A DNA stretch of 64,000 nucleotides, from positions 9,895,440-9,959,439 of the forward strand of contig OZ316894.1 in assembly GCA_973895155.1 (NCBI GenBank), read 5' to 3'. Numbering within the stretch: the stretch's first letter is position 1; each line of letters starts with the position of its first letter. Shown in pieces: positions 10,744-21,800 of the stretch. The notes below the pieces were generated by a model. The model did no database searches. It saw nothing but the letters and a program-made list of their open reading frames with translations, and was not told where the DNA came from. A program made the translations under genes and the position numbers. Origin of the DNA: Marsupella aquatica (taxonomy: Eukaryota > Plantae > Marchantiophyta).

Positions 10744-13558
10744 ATCAAAGTTGTGATCTATGTTAGAGAAACTCACCAATGACTTGGATGCGCTGCAACG
10801 CCTTTGTAGTCGATTGATTGATGTTTGCAACTCCGGCAAAGTCTAGTTTTTTGGAAGAAAAGTAGACGGGCTCAGTTGCAGAGTCCGTCCATCTCTCTGA
10901 AGTGACTCCCCCCTCCTTGGCGCAAGGTCCCCTGTTCAGCCAAGAGATCCGCTTCAATCAGCAGCTTCACTGTCCGCAGAAAGGGGGCTCAGGTGGCTTG
11001 CTTAACTTAAACATCCTAAATCACCAGCTCTGGAAAGAATTGGCTTTTGGAATTTGTTATTCCAGCCACTATAGATTACATATACAAATTCGCACTCTAG
11101 AATTGAAATGTGTGGAAGTGTAAGACTCTCACCTTAGAATAGCCTCACACAAAAGTTGTTGAGCATGTTGGGGCTCAAAGATGGAACAATGGCTACCGCC
11201 CGTTGACGGTGAAGGGCATTCTCGGTTTGGACCTCCTCTCTCCAACCCCTTCTAACCCGCACCTCCAAAGTTGATTCGGGAGTTGATTAGCAATAACGTC
11301 GCTCCTATGCCAAAGGCACCAAGAATCAAGCCAAAAGAAAGGGTTTAGCAACTTAGGGAGAGCAATGTAGTGTGCACTGATCAATGACTCAAAGTTGACA
11401 TCGAACCCTCCATTGCGCTAGCTATTGGCGATTGCCACACAGAGAGCAGCCGTATGTAGCAAACTGTAATGCAGATACTCCCGTCAAAGGTCGATGCGTC
11501 ACACTCAGCTTTAGAGGAAGGATAAACAATTGAGCAGCATTGCATTGTGCAAAAATGTTGGAGAAGCACATTGCTTCCAGGCCCGAGCTCACCTCCTTCC
11601 CCTTTCACCACTTCGCAGCTCCTCCAAGAGACATTCACTCAAGGGCACATCACGCAGTTGCTTGCCCTCCTCAGAAGCTCAACACCACAGCCACCAAAGT
11701 TGTCAGCTCCCACTGCAACTGAACAGGTCACTACCAAAAGCCCGCTCCCACCGCAGCTGAACAAGTGAGCGACACAAGAGTGGAGGACCTCCGCCAAGCC
11801 CAGGGCAGCAGCTCAATGAAACTCAATTTGCAACTCGTCTCACTCTCGCTCTTGCTGCAAAGAAAAAAAAGCGCAGGTCAAACTCCTTTGTGGCCTCAGT
11901 CCCCACCGCTTTCCCCAAGCTATGGACAACTACTAGCAGCTTGCGCTCACAGCATGACATCCAGGTCTTTAGCCAACTGCACACTGGAAACCGAGAGAAG
12001 TGAGCGCAGTCGCGCAAGGCCAAAAAAGACCAAAGTTGAGCCAAAGCAAAACTTTACTAATGTATTTACAGTCAAGCATGAGGGCAATCAGGTAAGCAGA
12101 AGACCACGCATTCCCGCAAAGAGTTGTAGGTTCTCGTCACTTCCTCGCCTCTGTATAGAAGGTCGACCGTTGTATCTCGGGTACCCAATGATAGTGGAGA
12201 TGAATGCAAATAGGCCTCACCAATCGCCAGTCATCCGCGATAAACCTCCCGACAACCTTGCTCCTATACACCTTAGCACCCGCGTTGTCACCACAGGAAA
12301 GACGAATGTAAGATTTAGGGCCCACCTAAACCCTATAGTGAGATTGCAGTCGACAATGGGTCATATAGCAAAGGTCGAAGCTCCAAGCCCTACGCAATGA
12401 CATGAAATCCCACCTCCAAAAGCGCTAAATGTATTGACTGAGTGCGATCAGGTGCAAGAGTCGAGAGCAACTGAGGAAAAGTGCATTATCGGGCGCAAAG
12501 TGTTTGGCCTTGGATTCCCTTGCATAAACGTGAAGGAAAACCCTGGTGGTAGCCGTCGACACTTTGTGCAATTTTCCTTTACAAAATCCGTTTACCCTAA
12601 ACATTGAGTCGACTGGAAGGACTCGTTCATAGGCATTCTGCAAGCACCTAACACATTTAGACGTAGTTCACAGTTAGGATTAAACGGTAACTAAGACCAA
12701 GGGTGCATGCATTTTTTTTTTTGGGGGGGGGGCTTTTAGTTGGGTATTTTGGGTATAGTCATTGGGTTAGATAAATATCCTAAGTCACCCAGATGGCAAA
12801 AAACAACACCTACCCTTAAACTCACCCTCCTCAAGCATAAACCCTCTAAAACCCATTGGACATTTGGAGTCATTGGCAAAAGAGGGTTAAATGGATGAAG
12901 AATGGACCGGGGGGGATGGATGCCGACGATCCAATGGTCCCTAAACCCCCATCCCCTTAACATGCAACCCCCGACCCTTGACATCAAACCGAGTGTTCTT
13001 CGGCTGGACAACCCCCTAACCCTAAACCCACACCCCCTTGAGACCGGTACAAATCTACCTTTGTGCATCTCGGCCTTTTATAGATGGAGTTAGTAATCGA
13101 TCCCTCCGTAGTCCACCCTCCATGAACCTCACTCCAAAACCTTTTTGGTCACAAATAAGGCCATTTATTGAGTTATGCCCCTTGCTATCACCCTCTTTAT
13201 AGAATTACCCCTCCTCAACATAAGTGAACATTATCCATGATGTGCTAGACTATTCACCGTTCACAAAGTAGCAAGGTACTTCTCATAGTCTTTTAGTGAA
13301 CTATAAAACACTAATAGTCTTTTGTAGTCTTCAACAAAACCGGTGCAATGGGTGCGAGTCGTTTCAAGTATGGAAAAAGGACTTAGTGGGCTTAGTCCTA
13401 TAAGGTATGGTCTAAATTGCCCCGGTTTCTACTAGTGAAAGGGGCGAGGCAGGGGTACTCCATCCTCACGTCGGGCCTGAGGTAGGGGTATGCCTGACTG
13501 CCCACAAATCCCTTGATCCTTCATAATTGATGTATGCCATGCTGCCTAGTGCCCAGGA

Positions 13559-13915
13559 TGTTGAGCATAGACGACATTCGCAACGGCAAGCCCATGAACC
13601 ATCCAACGCACAAAAGTCGACACAGAGAGATACGTAGTTCACCTCCATATGAGGCTACATCCACGGGAACACACAAGAGCTTTACTGCACTCTAGGCCGA
13701 CCGGCCATACCAAGCATCCACAGCACAAGCTCTCCCTATCTCTCAACTAGCTCCGTAACAATGAGCCTAAGTTCCACCAGGGTCTGGCATCAGCCCTGGC
13801 TATATGCACACCAGCACTACCGCTAACATTAGCTAAAGTCCTAACCCGAGTTAGACTAATTGTGGTTAGCCCCGTGGTTAGCTCATGAGTCACAAGACTA
13901 GAGCAATATCTAACA
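13559..13915. mobile_element. Solo LTR, 357 bp
   Basis: TGTTGAG...CTAACA termini, 5-bp TSD CAGGA on both sides. Closely similar inverted copy at 44411-44754. Confidence 0.92.
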
Positions 13916-13978
13916 CAGGAGTGGAGCCCGTACACAATCTGATCAGTGCCCATGACTCTTGCCGGACCCCTCATTTTC

Positions 13979-14789
13979 ACCGCACGCTAAATCTACACCG
14001 CATTAATGCTCCCGATCTTCTTGGGACCCCGTACACTGCCCGTCCTAGTCCCCGATGTTGCTGCCCGCTCCGGCCCGAGTTTGCCAGAACATAAACTAAT
14101 ACTCTACCATTTTGTCACCTGCTCCGGCTTGAACAACTTTGTGCCGTCGACTTTGAGTTTATGTTCTGGCACCCTTCACTTGCTTTCACCCGCTCCGGCC
14201 CAAGTCCCCATTGTTGTTGCTTGCTCCGGCCCAAGTTTGCCATAACATAAACCAATACTCTATCATTAATCATGACTCTTATCCAAAGTACTCCCTGAAC
14301 ACTTAGACTCTATTATGAAACAAAGATGACTCCATTGGAAAGAAGTGCTGCCAAAACATGAACCACAACTCCATAGAGAAGAAACATTTGGCAGAAGAGC
14401 GACCAACACTCTATCAATCATGATTCCTAACCAAAGTACTAGGCTGTACTTCAACACTTAGACTTTGTTATGAAGCAAGCACGACTCCCTGACTTTGTTG
14501 GACAAAAATGTTGCCGGAACATAAAGCACAACTCCACAAGGAAGAAGTTGATGGCACAAATTGATAGGCCTGGAGCGAGCGACAAAAGGTGAAGGGTGCC
14601 AAAACATAAACCTAAAGTCAATGGCACAATGTTAATCGGGCCGGAGCGGGTGAAAAAATGATAGAGTATTAGCGTATGTTCTGGCAAACTCGGGCCGGAG
14701 CGGGCAGCAACATCGGGGACTGGGACGGGCAGTGTATGGGCCCCAGGACGATCAGGGAGCATTAACGCGGTGTAGATTTAACGCGCGGT
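13979..14789. mobile_element. Non-autonomous Mutator-like element / long-TIR MITE, 811 bp
   Basis: ~220-bp imperfect terminal inverted repeats (ACCGCACGCTAAATCTACACCGC... / ...GCGGTGTAGATTTAACGCGCGGT). 9-bp TSD CTCATTTTC at 13970-13978 and 14790-14798. Confidence 0.9.
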
Positions 14790-14862
14790 CTCATTTTCTC
14801 ACTCACCCAATTGTGCAACACACAGGCCCACTAGCAGCATCCTAATAATACACACTAACTGG

Positions 14863-15020
14863 CATGTCTTTCCTGGCTATCCCTGGATGACAAGATGTTG
14901 TGATGCCGCAAATTCATGTCTTTCCTGGCTATCCCTGGATGACAAGATGTTGTGATGCCGCAAATTCATGTCTTTCCTGGCTATCCCTGGATGACAAGAT
15001 GTTGTGATGCCGCAAATTCA
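14863..15020. repeat. Tandem repeat, 3 identical copies of a 52-bp unit
   Basis: catgtctttcctggctatccctggatgacaagatgttgtgatgccgcaaatt starting at 14863, 14915 and 14967. Confidence 0.95.
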
Positions 15021-15271
15021 AAGTTACAGTTACCCATTTTGGTCAGCAGCTGCAACACTTTCTTACGGAAGCCGATTTTGGCCTCCTGCAACTTTTATGG
15101 CCATTCCTTGCGGCCAACTCCATTGTACCTCTTTACGGCCGGGCTTTGAGACGCCTTAATAGAAGCTATTCCATATTTCAGAGTACTCGTGTGTCCTCAT
15201 TTGAAGTTCTGGCAACTAAAGCTCCGGCCACTCAACCTTGAAACTGGGGTACCATCTAGTGCTTACAAGTG

Positions 15272-15480
15272 CTTCTAAATCTCGAACCTAAGGGCTAAAG
15301 AGAAAGGAAAAGCAACTAAATTCAGAACAACACCATCGCCATGACCACATGTTGGACGTTCAGATAGTCATTGCGAGTCCTTCTAAATCTTGAACCTAAG
15401 GGCTAGAGAGAAAGGAAAAGCAACTAAATTCAGAATGACATCATCGCCATGGTCACAATTTGGACGTTCAGATAGTCATT
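15272..15480. repeat. Diverged tandem duplication, ~108-bp unit x2
   Basis: cttctaaatct.gaacctaagggcta.agagaaaggaaaagcaactaaattcagaa...ggacgttcagatagtcatt at 15272 and 15380. Confidence 0.85.
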
Positions 15481-16180
15481 CAATTCATTTTCTGGGTGGA
15501 TACTGTCGCTCTCTCTCGTTCTCGAGGCAGAACCATGCAGTTGCTCGACTTTCTGCCTTCCATGGGCAGGGTTTCCCTTCCCCTATCAAGGTACGCACCA
15601 TTCCTGTGGACTGTACGTGAAACTATTAAGGTAAAAAGTTCTAGTTGTGTTCAAGTTAAATACACCATAGCCCTGAGGAAACTGCAAGCTAGCACGCCAT
15701 AAATGTACGTCAACTTGTTCACTGCACATTATAAACATTGCTTTGAACAGCTTTTATTGCTTTTTTTGGTTACAATTTAGACATATTTATAATCAAAACT
15801 GAAAGTGTACAGTCATCGAAGAAACACAGACAAGCTTTCCTTCTCTAGACAGACACTGATAAGACTCATTGTGTACTGCACCCTTTCCTGGCTGTCTTCA
15901 AACTTAATTACCCAACATTCAGTCACTATTGCTCACTCTGTATACATATATGGGGGATGCCAAAACTCAGACTATAACCTTATCGAACTCCTTCCCAAAA
16001 TGTATCATTGAAGCAAGGCTATGTGTGTCAAATATATATGATTATTTGACACTTGGCCAATCCTTGAAGAATTGAAACTCTGTGATCGAGTATTCTATTT
16101 TCTTTCAATGCTGCATGTCTCCCACCTCGATTGCAGCTCAACAAGGCAATCGTCCCTCCAGGCTACCAGTAAGTTCTCGA

Positions 16181-18872
16181 TCATGCTCCTACCCGCAAGC
16201 GTTCATAGTACTCTGGCTCGCTTTTCTTCTTCTTAAGGTGATATGCGACTATAGCGGCGATCAGGACTACAGCAGATACGAGGGCTGCAGCAAAGAGCAT
16301 CCAATTTTTGCCAGAGCCATCCTGCACAGACCAAGATGCAAGAAAGCGTGCAATATCTATTAGTTGAAACCAGAATTAGAATGCTGCAAAAATCGCAGCA
16401 GTTCTGATAACCCTAGCATTTTGCTTCAAATTTCCATCAAGACCCCGATGATCTTGCAGATTAGTCGACATGAATTAAAGTGTGGCGTACTTCCAATCGA
16501 TCTGATTGTCTTCTTGGACTCTCTAACGCTCTCACTCCAATTCATCGCACACTTTGAAGTTAATTCTACTTTGTTTACTTTGAAGCCCGCTTTGAAGTTT
16601 TGTAGTAATTTAATGATAGGCACATCAAGGGTACAATGGTAAAGAATGGTAGTAGTCAGAAAGTTTGAAGACATTCCATGGACATTTAAAGTTTCGTTTT
16701 AGTTGAATAATTCGCGTGACAAGGATGGTAGTAGAGAGTTTGAGGGCCTTCTATGCACCTTTGAAGTTTCCTCGTAATTGAATGATAGGCATGCTGAGGA
16801 TGGTAGAAGAGAGTCTGAGGGTTTTCTATAGACAATCTGAATAGCAATCTGAGGATGGTCGGTAAATTTCCAACGTGAATTGCAACTCATTCACTGACCT
16901 GTGGCGCTGCGGGCAGAAGTGAGCTTGTGGATTCGTCAATAAGGATATAGAACAAGCCCATGACACCGGTGTGCCGGTCTTCGTTGTTGTACCAGGACGT
17001 CAGCCTCAACCCTTCTCCTCCTCTTACTTTCACTTGCCCAGGGGTAGGATAGCAAGTGCTCATTCCCACAATGTATCCAGCTTCATTGCCTGCCTCGCTC
17101 CCGTTCCCATAAGTGGGCATCGATGAGCAAATCTCCGAACCGTCCTATTGATCACAACGATGATTCAAACTTAACAATGATGATCGAATGGCGAGATCGA
17201 TTCAAACCCCCCAGCCAAAAAACTGCAGGTTCGGCTCCAAGACCTGTAAGGAATTCTTGTCCAGAAAGCTAGGCATATATCAATCGTTCTACTTTACATA
17301 TCGGGAATATCCTGTCCGAACACAGTTTTGAGGTGTAGGCTTTCATTCAACGAAGAATATAATTCAACCGTAGAAGTAAAGAGATCGTACCGAATTGTAA
17401 AGAGTCGACCCAATACCTCCAGCATGTTGATGCGCCACACCGTATATTACATCCCCACCGTGAGGTAAGAAGTTAGTACTCTCTAAGTTGTAGATGCAGG
17501 AGGCTTCTCCTTCAGCACACTTTGGCACGGTGTACTCAACCTGTGCAAGACGTGCAGTAGATATATATACTCGATCAGTTACCTTCAAAGTTGAATGATC
17601 ACGATTGGTACAAATTTGTCATTCTACTCTAATAATAATATTTCGTGTCCAAAATCAAGGTGGCCTTCGTGAGACGAACCGGAAATTAAAGCAGAGTTGG
17701 GGCGAATGAGTGCTGATGAAACAGAGCCTCTCTCGATCATTATTTTCCCCGCATAACAACAAGAAGAAAGAAATGCAATGCCAATGGACTTGAAGAAACA
17801 TGGCTGACTAGGTGCTAAATTTTGCTAGTTGCATATATACGATTCCAAGTCACTCATGACTTGGAACTGACTTGGGACTTGGAACCGAGCTGAATTTAGT
17901 CAGGAATGCTTTAGAATCCCATTGGAAGTTGAGTCTCAACACGAAGAGCCAAGAGCGAGATTCAATTTGACTTATGAAAAACTTCTGAGCTACGGATAAT
18001 GGACTCAGAAAAGCCAAGGTAAGACTGAGTCTAAATTGCAAGAATGAGATTCAAGACTGATTAATTGCACTCACCCAACACTTGTCTGCGCCACTGACAG
18101 TGGTCCTCTCATCCGTGACATCGAAGATATAAACTTTCACGGGAACAACATCCGACGACATTTCGACCCAGTTGACGTAGTACTCCATGAACAAGGTCCT
18201 CCTCGGGCCCTCGTAGTCCGGGTGCACAACACAGTGCGTTTCATCGTAGCAGCATTCCAGCCCACCCGGATAATCCTCTGGGATGGGATGGTCATGTTCG
18301 CCAGACGGGTCCACGGTAACGTTGTAAAGCTCGCACACGCACTCTGTGCATCCCCTCTTGTCCACGGCGCCCCGAGTGTCGATGGCATGGATGTTGAGTT
18401 CCCATATCTCTTCGTATCCCTCGGGTACGCTCTCTGGGTTGCCAACCTCGATACCGTAGGGGGCTGGAATGTCGGTCGCAGTGTGTCGGGTCTCGGAGCC
18501 CAGCCCATACATTTGGTCAAGGTTTCCAGTGTCGCAAACTCCCCAGTTGGATGCGCGGACGGGCTCCCGGAGACCTGTGCTGGACGTGGGCGTGTAGTAG
18601 CGATGAACTGCCCAGTGATGGAGGTAGGTTTCGTGAAGAGGAACGGGAACTCCATCCTCATCCACGACCTGACCGTTGAAGCTGCGAAGCGCGATGTGGC
18701 CCTTTGGCATCTCCATGGGTAAGTACTTGTCACAAACGTCCCCCGGGCCCAGTGTGAAGGGTATCGATCTGAAAGTCTTCGTGTAGAGCGTTTCTGCTGC
18801 AGAAGCGCCACCCAGGAAAATCATGGCGCACGCGAGCACCAGTGCAGCAGCTCTGAGCATGGTTGTCGCCAT
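16181..18872 (-). CDS. Stress up-regulated Nod19 (SURNod19) family protein, copy A, intact, 444 aa; signal peptide and C-terminal transmembrane anchor
   Basis: Exons 18872-18075, 17540-17391, 17144-16899, 16321-16181, all GT-AG and phase 0. Motifs PLHETYLHHW, GLGSETR, GCTECxC, GGLxCCYD, GVAHQHAGGIGSTLY, GYIVGMSTCYP, HTGVMGLFYI. Confidence 0.9.
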
Positions 18873-21800
18873 CTTCGCTTCTGGTACTTTCAGTGCAAAT
18901 TGCATGAATTCTTCAAGCAAAGAACAAATGATTGTTCTCTCCAACAGTCGATTCAAAACATTGAAGCGGCTCAATCAGATGAGGTCGAGTGCCGTTCAAT
19001 GTGTACTTCCTCGTTCTGTGGGAGCCGATTCATGTCCCTGACACCAATGACTGATTTCTTTCTTTCCCAGTGATACATATATATACTTGTTCCTAAAGTT
19101 CGCTTGCTCACCAATCTTACTGTAATGTTCCTTTCTGTTGCTCACAATCTTACTGTATAATTGCTAAGTATGCCAAGAGAAGCTAGAGTAAGGGCTTTGG
19201 TCTAGAAGCGTCGCATAGACCGTGACTGCAGCCTAACATAGAAGCTTCACTCTAAACTTTGACTCTAGATTCCCATAGATGCTTCTCACTAGACCGTGAC
19301 CCCGACCGTGACTCTAGCCAGGTTGGTGTAGAAACCGCTGCGGATCGAGGTGCGGATGGGAAATGGATGGAACCCTTTTTCTTCTCACCAATTTTCTTTT
19401 TCTTCTGACTGGCTGGCTAGTGAAACAGAAGAGGAAGCAACCCGGAAAGGGCCATTCGTCTCTAGATATTGTTGCTACGGTCTGTAAGATAAGATGTTTG
19501 TTAAAGAGCAGTAGGGAGACGGGTACAGTTGGATGCAATTTTGAGTCATCCGTAACAATTGCGATTCAGTGAAATCGTACGTCGAATTTCGGGCTCAACG
19601 TACATTTTCGTTTCTAATCTATTGGAAAATAGATTACTGAGTGGCCATTGCGGCGAGATGGCATATTAAAGAGAGTCATCGCACTAGAAGAACGGAGAAA
19701 ATTGAGAAATACCGATTGGGATTTCTAGGAGTCTGCAGCAATTGCGTCTGACTGGTGGTTACAGTCTCTAAACGTCCGTATGTGTACACGGCTATTTACC
19801 GCAGAGTGGTGAGTGGATTCAACCGCCACATCCAATTAATGTAGATATAGCAGAGTGGTTAGTGGATTCAACCCGCCGCAGCTGGCCGAGAGTACTAAAC
19901 TGGACACTGGCTGGAACCCTTGCCCTCCATATACAGGTCATTTTTAAACCAAGCGTGTAAACAGTCTTACCAGAGCACAATTTAATGTTTGGATGTAGTA
20001 TGCGAGTTGCAGAGGTCCATGGGAGCTCCTTGAAAGACCTCGCGGTCCATCCGGCATTAGTTTCGTCAATTATGAGAAGAAAAACCCAACCAGGGAATGC
20101 GAAATTATATGAACTGGGCGGTGAATTAACTGGGAATTCAGGCTTGCTTGGGGAAGGCAAAGATAGCACCAGCCGTCAGAACAATCAATGTGCTTTACCC
20201 ATTTGAGCCTTCGATCCGCTGAAGGGTCGAGTCTGCTGACGAAGAGTAGGGTAGATGCGATACATGGGGAGGTTTCAATTTGCTTTCCATTTGAACGAAA
20301 TTGCCTTGATTGGCACCAGATAAAGCGACGTGATTGACAAAACGGGCGGCAACACGTAACTTAGCAGAAAGTGCTACATCAACTAAAAGATGGACGATAA
20401 AAGCATCGATATATCGTTCGAACCACTACTCGACTGCTTCTGCCGTCATCGATCAACGCAAGCTACCATCACCATGGTCGTATTGGTCACTGCAGGTCCA
20501 TGGGTGTCCACAGTCAACAGGGTCAATCTGGCATCGCTGTGATCTCGACGGGTGTAGGGAAAAAGATATTGTGGCAACTCTCAAGTTTTCCTGACCGCTC
20601 CTAGAGCGCTTGCACCTTCAGCAAAGCGAGAATACGTGTGACTGCCGCTTGAACGGTCAGCAAACTTAAGGAATAATATGTGGAACTCCCGATCACAAAT
20701 CGAAGCTGAGCTTGAAACTCTCAGTTGCCATGTAATTAAACGAAACTACATCGATGAGAAATATCTCCTATCCCTCTGTTTCCTCCTTCATTCTGGACGT
20801 ATAACTTCCCATATTTACGTACATACATAGCAAAAAGACCCAACTACACTGTAAGCTGATCGAAGGGGGTACGGGCTTCCCATGCCTCCTATGATCCGGT
20901 CGCTCTCCGTCAGTTCTTCTTCGTTTCTCAAAAAGAATACGCTGGCATTATTTGTTCTAATTTTTCTTAAAGAATGCATAATTCAGTCGAACGTATAGTC
21001 AATCACTCTACTTTATTTCTTAGTATTTTCAAGGAGAATAGTACATTGAGTTTGTTAAGTCAATAGTGCTGGACTCCATTTTTTCTCATGTTTCAAAAAG
21101 ATGAGGTTGAACAGTCAGTTATGAGAAGAAAATCCCAACCAGGGAATGCGAGATTATACGAACTGGGATTCCAGGCTTGCTTGGAGAAGGGAAAGAAAAC
21201 CCAGCCCATGAGAATAAGCGGTGGCTGCTGTGCCTTAGACATTTGAGCCTGCCGCTGTAGGCAATGCTAACTACGATCATCATCGTGGCAATGGTCGACC
21301 ATGGTGGTAATGATCAAAAGCTGAGCCTAAACCTCTCAGTTGGCATGTAAGAAAATAAAACACATCAATGAGAAATATCAATCGTTTTAGATTTATATAT
21401 TCAGAATCATTTATATATTTATATCAATCGTCTCATTGCGTTTGGATTGAGCCTAGTACCTAACTTGTGTGTTGACGAGAAAGAGGACGACGTTTGGCCA
21501 GTTCAAGAATGCTGCACCATGGTGAGCTTCGAGGGGGAGGTACAAATAAACGCAACTGGCCATATATAGGAGTGTGCTTTAGAACAGGACTTTGATGACT
21601 TTTGTAGATTTTATCTCTTTCCTAGCTTGATCAACAGTATATATGACTAGACATTAACCGTCACATTAATTCGTCCAGGTTCTTCCTGACATTTTCTCCT
21701 TACTCAAACCCCCGATTGCATTGGAACCTCGGCAAGGTGACTCTTCGATCAGCTGGCGGATACCTTTCCTCGATTCAACTTTAATTACATGGCAACTGAG

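Larger units (their letters stand above)
4503..13437 (-). mobile_element. CACTA (En/Spm) DNA transposon, 8935 bp, apparently non-autonomous
   Basis: Left end CACTAGTAGAAACCGGGGgtATTTAGACC; right end (reverse complement) CACTAGTAGAAACCGGGGcaATTTAGACC, 27/29 identical. 3-bp TSD AAA at 4500-4502 and 13438-13440. gact/agtc subterminal repeats at both ends. TnpA-like coding sequence inside. Confidence 0.95.

Noticed and set aside
8660-12700. Degenerate coding-like sequence inside the CACTA element (possible LINE ORF1 or TnpD remnants)
   Set aside because: Many stops and no motif I can identify with confidence.
12930-13030. ccctaaaccc telomere-like motifs
   Set aside because: Only 2-3 scattered units inside a transposon end; not an interstitial telomere array.
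14863-15020. CRISPR-like appearance of short repeat arrays (also 29585-30160, 43935-44250, 56158-56412)
   Set aside because: Head-to-tail repeats without unique spacers, no cas genes, eukaryotic context.
18137-18811. Long alternative-frame and antisense ORFs over SURNod19, the IQ gene and RH39
   Set aside because: Shadow ORFs explained by codon bias or repeats of the real CDS.
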